Positions 9,704 to 18,121 of a stretch of 64,000 nucleotides of DNA are shown piece after piece. The DNA is from Candidatus Zixiibacteriota bacterium (lineage in GTDB: Bacteria > Zixibacteria > MSB-5A5 > DSPP01), in the NCBI GenBank assembly GCA_022614805.1, contig JAKEHY010000024.1:1844-65843 (forward strand), in the 5' to 3' direction. Position numbers and translations under genes: made by a program. The notes under the pieces are model-generated. The model was given only the letters and a program-made list of their open reading frames with translations, did no database searches and was not told the DNA's origin. Numbering within the stretch: the stretch's first letter is position 1; every line of letters starts with the position of its first letter.

Positions 9704-11508
9704 ACGCGTTGCCTTTCGTCATCGGCGCTTTGTGCGTGATGGCCATCGCCTATCGATTTTATTCCGCTTTCATCGCCGCCAAGGTTCTGGCCCTCGACCC
9801 CAACCGCATTACTCCGGCCCATACCCTAAACGATGGGCACAACTATTACCCAACAAATAAATGGGTGCTTTTCGGCCACCACTTCGCCGCCATCTCCGGC
9901 GCCGGGCCTTTGATTGGCCCCGTTTTGGCGGCCCAGTTCGGCTTTCTCCCCGGTTTTTTGTGGCTTTTAATCGGAGTTGTTTTAGGCGGGGCGGTGCAGG
10001 ATTTTGTCATCCTCGCTGCTTCGATTCGAAGAAGCGGCCGCTCACTCGCGGAGATTGCCCGCACCGAAATTTCGCCGGTCTCCGGCCTCATTGCCGCTAT
10101 AGCCATCCTTTTCATCGTCATCATTGCGCTGGCGGGTCTCGGTCTGGCGGTCGTCAACGCTTTGCGCGAAAGCTCGTGGGGGGCTTTCACCATCGCGATG
10201 TCGATTCCGCTGGCGCTTTTCGTCGGACTGTGGATTTACCGCATCCGTCCCGGAAGAATCGTAGAGGGGAGTTTGATTGGGGTTGCCGGCCTGTTTCTTG
10301 CCGTGATTATCGGGCGCTGGATTCCGGGGTCGGCTCTGGCCCCTTATTTCACTTTTGACAAGGCTGAATTAACGTTTCTGATGGCCGCCTACGGCTTTAT
10401 CGCCTCGGTTTTGCCGGTCTGGGTGCTGCTCTGTCCGCGCGACTATCTTTCGAGCTATCTCAAAATCGGCACCATCGCCTTTCTGGCCATCGGCATAATC
10501 ATCGTCGCCCCCACCCTGCATATGCCTGCCTTTTCGGAGTTCGTAGGCGGTGGCGGGCCGATTATTCCGGGGAAGCTGTATCCTTTCGTTTTCATCACCA
10601 TCGCCTGCGGGGCGATTTCCGGCTTCCATTCGCTGGTTTCCTCCGGCACCACGCCGAAGATGATAAACAAGGAAACGGAGGCCCGGATGATTGGCTACGG
10701 GGCGATGCTGATGGAGGGGTTCGTCGGCATCACCTCCCTCGTTGCCGCCTCGGCCCTCTTTCCGGCCGATTATTTTGCCATCAACGTCCCCGCGGAAAAA
10801 TTTGGCACGCTGGGAATGGACCCGGTCAATCTCTCCACCCTGTCGGAACAGGTCGGCGAAAACGTGGCCGGGCGGCCCGGCGGGGCGGTTTCCCTGGCGG
10901 TTGGTATGGCCCAGATTTTTTCCTCCATCCCGGGAATGCGGGGGTTAATGTCGTACTGGTATCACTTCGCCATAATGTTCGAGGCGCTTTTCATTTTGAC
11001 CACCATCGACACGGGGACGAGAGTCGCCCGCTTTATTATGCAGGAGCTTTTCGGCAAGGTTTACCGGCCGTTTGCCCGGACCGACTGGTGGCCGGGGGCG
11101 ATACTCACCAGCCTGTTGGTCGTCTGCGGCTGGGGATATTTCATCCACGCCGGCACCATTTCCACCATCTGGCCGATGTTCGGGATTGCCAACCAGCTTC
11201 TGGCCGCCATCGCCCTCTGCGTCGGCACCACCGTGATTATCAACTCCGGCAAGGGCCGTTACGCCTGGATTACGCTTTTGCCTCTTTCGTTTGTCGCCAC
11301 CACCACCAGCTTTGCCGGCATCCGCTCAATTTTTGACAACTTTTTGCCTCTGGCTCAAAAGCCGGGGTTTGCTTTTCAGGGGTATTTGAACGCCGGTTTG
11401 ACCGCCATTATGATTGCCTCGGTGGTCGTCATTTTCTTCGATTCGCTGCGCCGCTGGGTCAAGCCCCTGAAGTCGGAACTTGCCTATGCCCCGGCGACGA
11501 GCAAATAA
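9691..11508 (+). CDS. cstA: carbon starvation protein A (peptide transporter CstA)
   Basis: 605 aa polytopic membrane protein. N-terminus [33 protein letters not shown] is typical of CstA. Overlaps the upstream gene by 13 nt. Confidence 0.85.
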   Translation: MAEMNALPFVIGALCVMAIAYRFYSAFIAAKVLALDPNRITPAHTLNDGHNYYPTNKWVLFGHHFAAISGAGPLIGPVLAAQFGFLPGFLWLLIGVVLGGAVQDFVILAASIRRSGRSLAEIARTEISPVSGLIAAIAILFIVIIALAGLGLAVVNALRESSWGAFTIAMSIPLALFVGLWIYRIRPGRIVEGSLIGVAGLFLAVIIGRWIPGSALAPYFTFDKAELTFLMAAYGFIASVLPVWVLLCPRDYLSSYLKIGTIAFLAIGIIIVAPTLHMPAFSEFVGGGGPIIPGKLYPFVFITIACGAISGFHSLVSSGTTPKMINKETEARMIGYGAMLMEGFVGITSLVAASALFPADYFAINVPAEKFGTLGMDPVNLSTLSEQVGENVAGRPGGAVSLAVGMAQIFSSIPGMRGLMSYWYHFAIMFEALFILTTIDTGTRVARFIMQELFGKVYRPFARTDWWPGAILTSLLVVCGWGYFIHAGTISTIWPMFGIANQLLAAIALCVGTTVIINSGKGRYAWITLLPLSFVATTTSFAGIRSIFDNFLPLAQKPGFAFQGYLNAGLTAIMIASVVVIFFDSLRRWVKPLKSELAYAPATSK

Positions 11509-11552
11509 AAATTCCTGATTTAGCTCGACTATTTTGCCGATAATTTAGAAAG

Positions 11553-12701
11553 ATGAGCAAATTCTTGAAGAAGCTTTCAGCCGCTTTATTCTTTGGCATT
11601 TTGGCAGCGCCTCCCTCCGCTTTTTGCCAGGTCGATACCGCTTGGGTGCGCTACTACAACGGGCCGGGCGACAAATCGGATGAAATGAGAGGGCTCGCTG
11701 TGGATGATAGCGGAAATGTAATTATTACCGGTTACAGCGGGACTGGATCGCCGTTCGGAGATCTCGTCACGATTAAGTACGATCGGAACGGCAACCAACT
11801 TTGGCTTCAAAATTACAATAGTGCAGTAAACACCGGGGATTATCCTGCTCTTTTTGCCATTGATAAAAAAGGGAATGTGTATGTAACGGGCGGATCATCG
11901 GCAGGAAATGATTGCTTGACGATCAAGTACGATTCCAACGGAAATCAGGTTTGGACAGCCCGCTATAACGGGCCCATAAATGGGGTGGACATTGGCTTAG
12001 GGGTCACGGTTGACGAAAGCGGGAATGTCTATGTTGCCGGGATCAGTCAGGGAGCCGTAAGAAATTGTTACTTCTACTCCGGCTTATACTATGATTTCGT
12101 GACACTAAAATACGACTCCAATGGAAACCAGCTTTGGGCTACCCGGTATGCTCCTCCGGGGGGGGATGATTATTGGAATCGCGCACATTTAATTGCAGTT
12201 GATTCATTTGGCAACATTTACGTCGGCGGATATAGTGAACATTGCCAAGGACCAACAGAATGGATAACCATCAAGTACGATTCGACCGGCGCGCAACTTT
12301 GGGTGCGATCCGATATCAAACAACCATGGAGTACTGCTGCCGGTGCTCCCGTCGACCTAAAATTGGATGCCAGCGGATATGTTTACCTGACTGGAGGAAG
12401 TCAGCAGGATAGCACAGCATATCGCAACTATACAACCGTTAAATATGACTTCCAAGGTAATATACTGTGGGCCGCCCGTTTTAACGGAAGCGCCAACAGC
12501 GATGATTATGCCACCGCCATGGCATTGGATTCACAGAACAATATTTACGTCACCGGCTTTAGTTATAGCGGAGCGGCAAACCGTGATGATATAGTTACCA
12601 TCAAATACGATTCAGACGGAAATGAGCTTTGGGCACGGAGTTACAACGGGCCGGGGAGTGGATTGGATAGAGGTTTTGATATATTCCTGGATACCGCGTG
12701 A
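11553..12701 (+). CDS. secreted SBBP beta-propeller-repeat protein, N-terminal part ending at an in-frame TGA
   Basis: Signal peptide, then at least 8 repeats of the pattern D-x-x-G-N-(I/V)-Y-V-x-G ... T-(I/L)-K-Y-D-S-N-G-N-Q-L-W (SBBP-like). Terminates at TGA 12699-12701. Confidence 0.7.
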   Translation: MSKFLKKLSAALFFGILAAPPSAFCQVDTAWVRYYNGPGDKSDEMRGLAVDDSGNVIITGYSGTGSPFGDLVTIKYDRNGNQLWLQNYNSAVNTGDYPALFAIDKKGNVYVTGGSSAGNDCLTIKYDSNGNQVWTARYNGPINGVDIGLGVTVDESGNVYVAGISQGAVRNCYFYSGLYYDFVTLKYDSNGNQLWATRYAPPGGDDYWNRAHLIAVDSFGNIYVGGYSEHCQGPTEWITIKYDSTGAQLWVRSDIKQPWSTAAGAPVDLKLDASGYVYLTGGSQQDSTAYRNYTTVKYDFQGNILWAARFNGSANSDDYATAMALDSQNNIYVTGFSYSGAANRDDIVTIKYDSDGNELWARSYNGPGSGLDRGFDIFLDTA

Positions 12702-12710
12702 AATATCTAC

Positions 12711-13127
12711 GTGGCCGGAGTAAGCTTTGGAAACGACTCAACTTACAATTATGTGATCTTAAAATACGATTCGAACGGTAATATCCTTTGGGAAAAGCGG
12801 TATGGGGGGCCAGTTTTTTACTACGCATTTCCAAAAATTTCAGTTGACCGGAACGGCAACGTATACCTTGCAGGTAGTGATATCAAAAACCAGTCGGATT
12901 TCGTGACCATCAAATATTCTCCCCTTCCCGCTTTAAAAGGCGATTTGAACTTGGACGGTGTTTTGACGATGGCGGATGTGGTTTTGATGCTCAATTTGGT
13001 TTTTAACGGCGAACTGCCCCCGGCGGCGCCAACGGCCGCGGATTTGAACTGCAACGGTTCGTTGTCGGCGGCTGACGTGGTAACCCTGCTTTATATGCTT
13101 TACGCCTCCGCTTCCCCGCCCTGCTAA
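12711..13127 (+). CDS. C-terminal continuation: SBBP repeats plus dockerin type I module
   Basis: Same reading frame as 11553-12701. Continues the repeat pattern (NIYVAGVS..ILKYDSNGNILW). Ends with two dockerin-like calcium-binding repeats: GDLNLDGVLTMADVVLMLNLVF and ADLNCNGSLSAADVVTLLYMLY. Confidence 0.65.
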   Translation: MAGVSFGNDSTYNYVILKYDSNGNILWEKRYGGPVFYYAFPKISVDRNGNVYLAGSDIKNQSDFVTIKYSPLPALKGDLNLDGVLTMADVVLMLNLVFNGELPPAAPTAADLNCNGSLSAADVVTLLYMLYASASPPC

Positions 13128-13135
13128 AAAAGAAA

Positions 13136-13164
13136 GGGGCCCGCTTGAGGACGGGCCCCTTTTG
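13136..13164 (+). terminator. rho-independent terminator
   Basis: GGGGCCCG-cttgagga-CGGGCCCC followed by TTTTG, immediately after the dockerin gene stop. Confidence 0.7.
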
Positions 13165-13369
13165 TTAGCGCTCACCGGTCCCTCGGTTATCCTCGGGATA
13201 AAGAGGCGAGCTGCTCATCGAACAGAGCTTCACAGCTCGGTATTATTTATATCGGCAAAAGGTTTTTTAGTTTTTAACTTTTTTTTACTTAAGCCGAATA
13301 GGGCAGAAGCACAAAGAGTGCCAGAAGCCAGCTGATTTTTTTCATCTTGGGTCTTTCTCTCGTTTCCTT

Positions 13370-14710
13370 TCAGGCAATCGTTTTAGCCTCCAAAAGCTCG
13401 TTCCAGCGGGTGGTGCAGCGCGGGGAACGGCGGCTCGATTTCATCCGCCAGCTTTGCAGCAGGCCGGCGGCGGCAAAACGCAGGGCGCCGGAGCCAAGCC
13501 GGGCGTTTACTTCGTCCAGTGCCTGCATCAGTTTTCCAGCGCTCCCGCGGTTTTTGCCGTCAAAAATGTCGGTTTGCACTTCTTCCGTAGGAACCAACCC
13601 GGAAAACACAACCCCCGCTTTTTTGAACCGGCCGTCCGCAAAAAAGATTTTTTCGGCTTCCCGCAGGGCATACCGTATCAGCTCCGGCGTGCTGTCGGTG
13701 GCCACCGGCAACTCGACGGTCGAGGAATGCGTTCGGGCCTGTTCGCTGTGGGGGCGGGTTATGCAAAAGACCGTCAGATGCTTTGCGGAAAGCCGGTCTT
13801 CGCGCAACGTTTCGGCCGCCTGGCTGGTGAATTCCGCCACCGCCTCCTTCAGTTCATTCAGTTTTTCGACGGCCCGGCCGAAGGAGCGGGAGCAGAGGAC
13901 ACTTTTGCGGGGGGAGCGAACCATTTCCAGAGGCAGACAGGAGATGCCGCGCAGTTCAAGGAGAATGCGCTGCCCGACTATCCCCATCCGCTTCAAAATC
14001 CATTGGTCATCCGCTTGCCGAAGCTTGTGGGCGGTCTCTATCCCCCAGCTTTTCAGCCGCCTTTCGCCGCTGGGGCCGATGCCCCAGATTTCTCCCACCT
14101 CTATTTGGGCCAGCCGTTCCTCCGGGTCGGGAAGGGCCGACCAATCCATCACCCCTTTCAGTTCGGGTCGCTTTTTGGCCTGTTTATTGGCCAGCTTGGC
14201 CAAAGTTTTGGTGGGGGCGATGCCAATCGATATCGGAATGCCGGTCCACTTTTTGACCGTGGCGACGATTTGGCGGGCGTAGTCGGAAAGGCCGGCCCGC
14301 TCAAAGCCGGAAAGGTTCAAAAAGACTTCGTCAATCGAATAGATTTCCCGTTCCGGCGTGAATTGCGCCAGCGTATGGATGACCCGCCGGGACATATCGC
14401 CGTAAAGGGTAAAATTGGCGGAGTAGACCCGGACGTTCGCTTGTTCAATCAAATCCCGCACCTCAAAAAACGGGACGGCCATTTTGATGCCCAGCGCTTT
14501 GGCCTCGTTGGAGCGGGAGATGATGCAGCCGTCGTTGTTGGAAAGGACAACGACCGGCACTCCCTCCAGGTTGGGATTAAAAACCCGCTCGCAGGAGACG
14601 TAGAAGTTGTTGCAGTCAACCAGGGCGAAGATGGTTTTGTTTGAAGCCACATCCGAAACCGGCTGCCCGCCACAGGCCGGTTTTTCCCGGTCACAAAGTA
14701 TGGATGACAT
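13370..14710 (-). CDS. umuC: Y-family error-prone DNA polymerase (UmuC / DNA polymerase V catalytic subunit)
   Basis: 446 aa. N-terminal IFALVDCNNFYVSCERVFNP..VVVLSNNDGCII is the Y-family (UmuC/DinB) palm signature. Overlaps umuD by 20 nt. Confidence 0.88.
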   Translation of the reverse strand: MSSILCDREKPACGGQPVSDVASNKTIFALVDCNNFYVSCERVFNPNLEGVPVVVLSNNDGCIISRSNEAKALGIKMAVPFFEVRDLIEQANVRVYSANFTLYGDMSRRVIHTLAQFTPEREIYSIDEVFLNLSGFERAGLSDYARQIVATVKKWTGIPISIGIAPTKTLAKLANKQAKKRPELKGVMDWSALPDPEERLAQIEVGEIWGIGPSGERRLKSWGIETAHKLRQADDQWILKRMGIVGQRILLELRGISCLPLEMVRSPRKSVLCSRSFGRAVEKLNELKEAVAEFTSQAAETLREDRLSAKHLTVFCITRPHSEQARTHSSTVELPVATDSTPELIRYALREAEKIFFADGRFKKAGVVFSGLVPTEEVQTDIFDGKNRGSAGKLMQALDEVNARLGSGALRFAAAGLLQSWRMKSSRRSPRCTTRWNELLEAKTIA

Positions 14711-15107
14711 AGGTTACCACGCCCCAGATTTCTATGCTCTCCGGTTTGCCTGACGGGCCGTTCTGCGAAAGAAGGGAGGGAGTCCTTTTTTTCAGCCGGT
14801 CAAAGTAGCCGACGACAAACTCCCCTTCCACCACGGCGATGACCACCCGGCCGGGGGCGGGCTCGAGCGAGCGGTCAACAATGAGCAGGTCGCCGTGGTG
14901 GATGCCGGCTTCCAACAGGGCATCCCCTTTGGCCCACAGGAAAAAAGTGGCGGCCGGGTGTTTTACCAGATGGGCGTTCAGGTTCAAAACCTTTTCGGCA
15001 AACGGCTCGGCGGGGGAGGGAAAGCCGACCGCGGCCGGAGTCTGTTCGGAGGCGTCGGCGCCGGCCCGGACGGGAGGCTGGTTGAACATTGGAATGTAGG
15101 GCGCCAT
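14691..15107 (-). CDS. umuD: UmuD-like S24 peptidase-fold protein with catalytic Ser replaced by Ala
   Basis: 138 aa. Aligns to E. coli UmuD through the GFPSPA..HP.ATFF..GD..GI..GDLLIVD core. Motif is AKGDALLEAGI where UmuD has [11 protein letters not shown]. Cleavage-site position reads VG rather than CG. Confidence 0.8.
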   Translation of the reverse strand: MAPYIPMFNQPPVRAGADASEQTPAAVGFPSPAEPFAEKVLNLNAHLVKHPAATFFLWAKGDALLEAGIHHGDLLIVDRSLEPAPGRVVIAVVEGEFVVGYFDRLKKRTPSLLSQNGPSGKPESIEIWGVVTYVIHTL

Positions 15108-15108
15108 T

Positions 15109-16410
15109 TTAGCGAAAAGCCCCCGGAGAAACGGCCCCGGCGATGGGGTAACGGGAAATCAAAGAAAGCTGCTCTCCCGGTTTGCGCTGGCGAAAATAGG
15201 TCTCCCGCCTTTCTTCCCGCGTCTGGCCGTAAAAGATGCCGCCTATGGTTACGAATTCCTTGGTCTGACGTACTCGCACCCCCAGTTTGGCTAAATCTTC
15301 GGGCTTGAAAATCGTCCCCTCCCGGCGGGCGGTTAAAATCCGCCGGGCGGAGACCGGGCCGACGCCGGGGACGGTCAGAAGCTGTTCATACGAGGCGGTT
15401 TTGATTTCGATGGGAAAGAACTCCGGGTGTAAAATCGCCCGGTGGAGCTTGGGGTCCAACTCCAAAGACAAATTGCCGTCTTTTTCGAGCGGGATTTCGT
15501 TCACGGAAAGCTTGTAGATTCGCAACAAGTGCTCTGCCTGATAGAGCCGGTAGCCGCGCGTGAAAGGGGTGGGTGCCAGATTCTCAAACGGCGTGTCGGA
15601 CATCGGCGCAAAAGTGGAAAAATGGGCGTGGTGCAAAAAACCGTCCCCCTCCAATTGGGAGACGAGGGAGAGGATTTCTTTATCCCTCTCCCTCCCCGGG
15701 CCGACCATAAACTGGGTGGTCACGCCGGCGGGGACCAGCTTTTTTCCTTCCAGTTTTCCGGCCTTCCAGAGTTCCCCTGCCTTTTGAATGGAGGGGAGAA
15801 TGACTTTGGAAAGCGACTTTTCCGGCGCGATTTCGGAAAGGGCGGCGTCCGAAGGGGCTTCGCAGTTTAAGGAGATGCGCGAGGCCAGCCGGGCGGCCTG
15901 GACAATCTGCTCCGGCTCGGCCCCGGGGAGGATTTTTAAATGAATGTAGCCGCTGAAGCGGTAGCGCTTGCGCAAAATTTCCAACGTGGCCAAAAGCTTG
16001 TCCATCATCGAAACGGGTGAACCGGGGATGCCGGAGGTCAAAAACAGTCCGTCGGTGTATCCCTTCTTATGGGCGGCGTAAAAAACGGAGGCCAGTTCTT
16101 CCGGCTGAAAGATGGTCCGGCGCAACTTGCGGCCGCAACGGGTGGCGCAATAGCGGCATTTCAAGCTGCAGGCGTTGGTCTGCATCACCCGCATCAGGTT
16201 AAAAGTTCGCCCGTGCGCCCCCGCCAATTGCATAATTCCGGGCAGGGCGGCTTTCTTGGCCGTTTTTGGCTCGACCCCCGTGAGCCCATTTTGGACCTCT
16301 TGGGTTGCCTGGCGGATGGGGATTGTCTGCCTCGGACGGCCCTCCGCATCCGAAGGGTTTATGGTATCGCCAAGGATATTAAGCTTATCAAGAAGACCTA
16401 ATCTGCGCAT
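15109..16410 (-). CDS. radical SAM protein of the putative DNA modification/repair class (rSAM core plus C-terminal helix-hairpin-helix)
   Basis: 433 aa. CX3CX2C cluster motif CSLKCRYC. C-terminal HhH LTVPGVGPVSARRIL. Stop is 1 nt from the umuD start, so same operon. Confidence 0.75.
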   Translation of the reverse strand: MRRLGLLDKLNILGDTINPSDAEGRPRQTIPIRQATQEVQNGLTGVEPKTAKKAALPGIMQLAGAHGRTFNLMRVMQTNACSLKCRYCATRCGRKLRRTIFQPEELASVFYAAHKKGYTDGLFLTSGIPGSPVSMMDKLLATLEILRKRYRFSGYIHLKILPGAEPEQIVQAARLASRISLNCEAPSDAALSEIAPEKSLSKVILPSIQKAGELWKAGKLEGKKLVPAGVTTQFMVGPGRERDKEILSLVSQLEGDGFLHHAHFSTFAPMSDTPFENLAPTPFTRGYRLYQAEHLLRIYKLSVNEIPLEKDGNLSLELDPKLHRAILHPEFFPIEIKTASYEQLLTVPGVGPVSARRILTARREGTIFKPEDLAKLGVRVRQTKEFVTIGGIFYGQTREERRETYFRQRKPGEQLSLISRYPIAGAVSPGAFR

Positions 16411-16433
16411 GTAACCTGTTGTTCTTCAATCTG

Positions 16434-16480
16434 TTTTATCATATTATTCACACTCATATAATACTATTTTATCATATTAT
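16434..16480. promoter_or_regulatory. pair of 14-bp direct repeats TTTTATCATATTAT in the divergent control region
   Basis: Copies at 16434-16447 and 16467-16480, inside the AT-rich 16411-16633 region between the rSAM-umuDC operon and the HTH-S24 repressor gene. Confidence 0.45.
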
Positions 16481-16633
16481 ACGTTTATGTAGTATAAAAG
16501 TCAAGTATTTTTTTAGAATTTTTTATTAGCTATTGCTTTTTTATATACGTATAATATATTGTGGGAAGTCAAATGGGATACCCCGACAGGTCGGGGCTAC
16601 CCTTGAAGATGGAACTAAAGAGAGGTGAGAAAA

Positions 16634-17311
16634 ATGGAGATAGGTGAAAGAATCAAAGCGCTACGGACGGCCAAGGGGCTGACGCTTTATCAGCTGGCCC
16701 GGCGGACCGGTCTGCAGTACACCGCCTTGAAAAAAATCGAAGAAGGGCAAACCGACCCGCGGGCGGATACGGTGGTGAAAATCGCCAGGGGAATTGGGGT
16801 GGAACCCTCCCGATTTTTCACGGATGATTCGGCCGTGCGGCCGCCGGTGGTTTTGAACATCGTCCCGCCGGAGCGGGGGGCGCGCAGCTTCCAGCCGAAG
16901 TTTTTGGCTACCCTGCCCCTTTTTGCGGACGCCGCTTCGCTCGGAGGTGGCCGCGAAATCAACGAGCTGGATATCGAGTCATTTTTGGTGGTGCCCAAAG
17001 ACCAGCTCCCCAACGAGGAGAACTGCTATTGCATCAAGGTGGTCGGCGATTCGATGACGCCGGTTTTTTCCTCCGGCGATATTGTGGCCATTGATTTTTC
17101 CCAGAAGGACCCGGCCCTCTTGGAAGGGGCCTATGTCGCCTGCCGGCTGGGGGAGGCCGAAGTGACGGTCAAACAGCTAAAAAACAAGCCGAACCACTTC
17201 CACTTGAAAGCGGTCAACCCGGATTGGGAAGACGCCAACGGCCCGCTTTTGGCGCCGAAAAAAGACGGCGTCATCCTCGGCAAAGTGGTGTGGCAGTGGA
17301 GGAAGTTTTAA
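16634..17311 (+). CDS. LexA-like repressor: XRE-type HTH plus S24 autopeptidase domain
   Basis: RBS AGAGGTGAG precedes ATG 16634 (ORF track lists a GTG at 16625). N-terminal HTH IKALRTAKGLTLYQLARRTGL. C-terminal S24 domain with intact Ser (VVGDSMTPV) and Lys (VKQLK). Confidence 0.8.
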   Translation: MEIGERIKALRTAKGLTLYQLARRTGLQYTALKKIEEGQTDPRADTVVKIARGIGVEPSRFFTDDSAVRPPVVLNIVPPERGARSFQPKFLATLPLFADAASLGGGREINELDIESFLVVPKDQLPNEENCYCIKVVGDSMTPVFSSGDIVAIDFSQKDPALLEGAYVACRLGEAEVTVKQLKNKPNHFHLKAVNPDWEDANGPLLAPKKDGVILGKVVWQWRKF

Positions 17312-17338
17312 TCTTTTTGTTGCGCGAAACCCGGTTTG

Positions 17339-18121
17339 CTACTCTTTGTACTTCATATCCGGCGGTTTCCACTCGTCTTTGATGCGGGAGCGAAACCGGA
17401 TCTCTTTTTGGGCGATGCGGGCGACTTGGCCGGATTTGAAAAGCCGATAGATTTCCCGCCCAATGCCAAAGGCGATGTAGCCAGCGCAAATCGGAAAGAT
17501 GGTCAGGCGCGGCTCGACGATGACCAGAATGGAAGAGGCGAAAATCGTCAGCCATTTCACCCGGTCGGACAAGGTGCGGAAGCCGCGCGGCTTGCCTTCA
17601 TATTCAACGGTGGAAACCATCAAAGCGGAAAAGACCACCATCATCGTAATCACCAGCTCGGTGGAGCGCAGCTCCCCCCAAATCTGGTAGCAGAAGATGG
17701 TATAGGCGGCCAGAGTCGAACCGGCCATCGGAATCGGCAGGCCGGTGAAATAGCGTTTTTCCTCCGATTTCACCTGCACATTGAAGCGGGCTAAACGAAA
17801 AGCGCCGCACATCACGTAGATAAAACCGATGACGAACCCCCATTTGCCAAATTCGAAAAGCTTGAAGGAATAGAAAATCAGAGCCGGGGCCAGGCCAAAG
17901 GACATCAGGTCGGCCAGCGAGTCCAGCTCGATGCCGATTTTGGAGGAGGCCTTGGAGATGCGGGCGACGGTGCCGTCCAGGCCGTCCAAAAAAGCGGCCA
18001 CAAGAACGAACCAGGCGGCCTGCAGGGCTTCGCCGTCGAAGGCGGACAAGACTGCAAGGAAACCGAAAAGCAGGTTCCCCATCGTGAAAACGCCGGGAAA
18101 AATGGGGCGGATATTGGCCAT
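17339..18121 (-). CDS. pssA: CDP-diacylglycerol--serine O-phosphatidyltransferase
   Basis: CDP-alcohol phosphatidyltransferase motif DGLDGTVAR..G..LDSLAD. Multiple TM helices. Adjacent to psd. Confidence 0.8.
   Translation of the reverse strand: MANIRPIFPGVFTMGNLLFGFLAVLSAFDGEALQAAWFVLVAAFLDGLDGTVARISKASSKIGIELDSLADLMSFGLAPALIFYSFKLFEFGKWGFVIGFIYVMCGAFRLARFNVQVKSEEKRYFTGLPIPMAGSTLAAYTIFCYQIWGELRSTELVITMMVVFSALMVSTVEYEGKPRGFRTLSDRVKWLTIFASSILVIVEPRLTIFPICAGYIAFGIGREIYRLFKSGQVARIAQKEIRFRSRIKDEWKPPDMKYKE

Noticed and set aside
12699-12701. In-frame TGA in the SBBP protein considered as selenocysteine or programmed read-through.
   Set aside because: The codon substitutes an invariant structural Gly of a repeat unit, not a redox-active position, and no SECIS-like hairpin is evident immediately downstream. 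A nonsense mutation or a base-call error is simpler.
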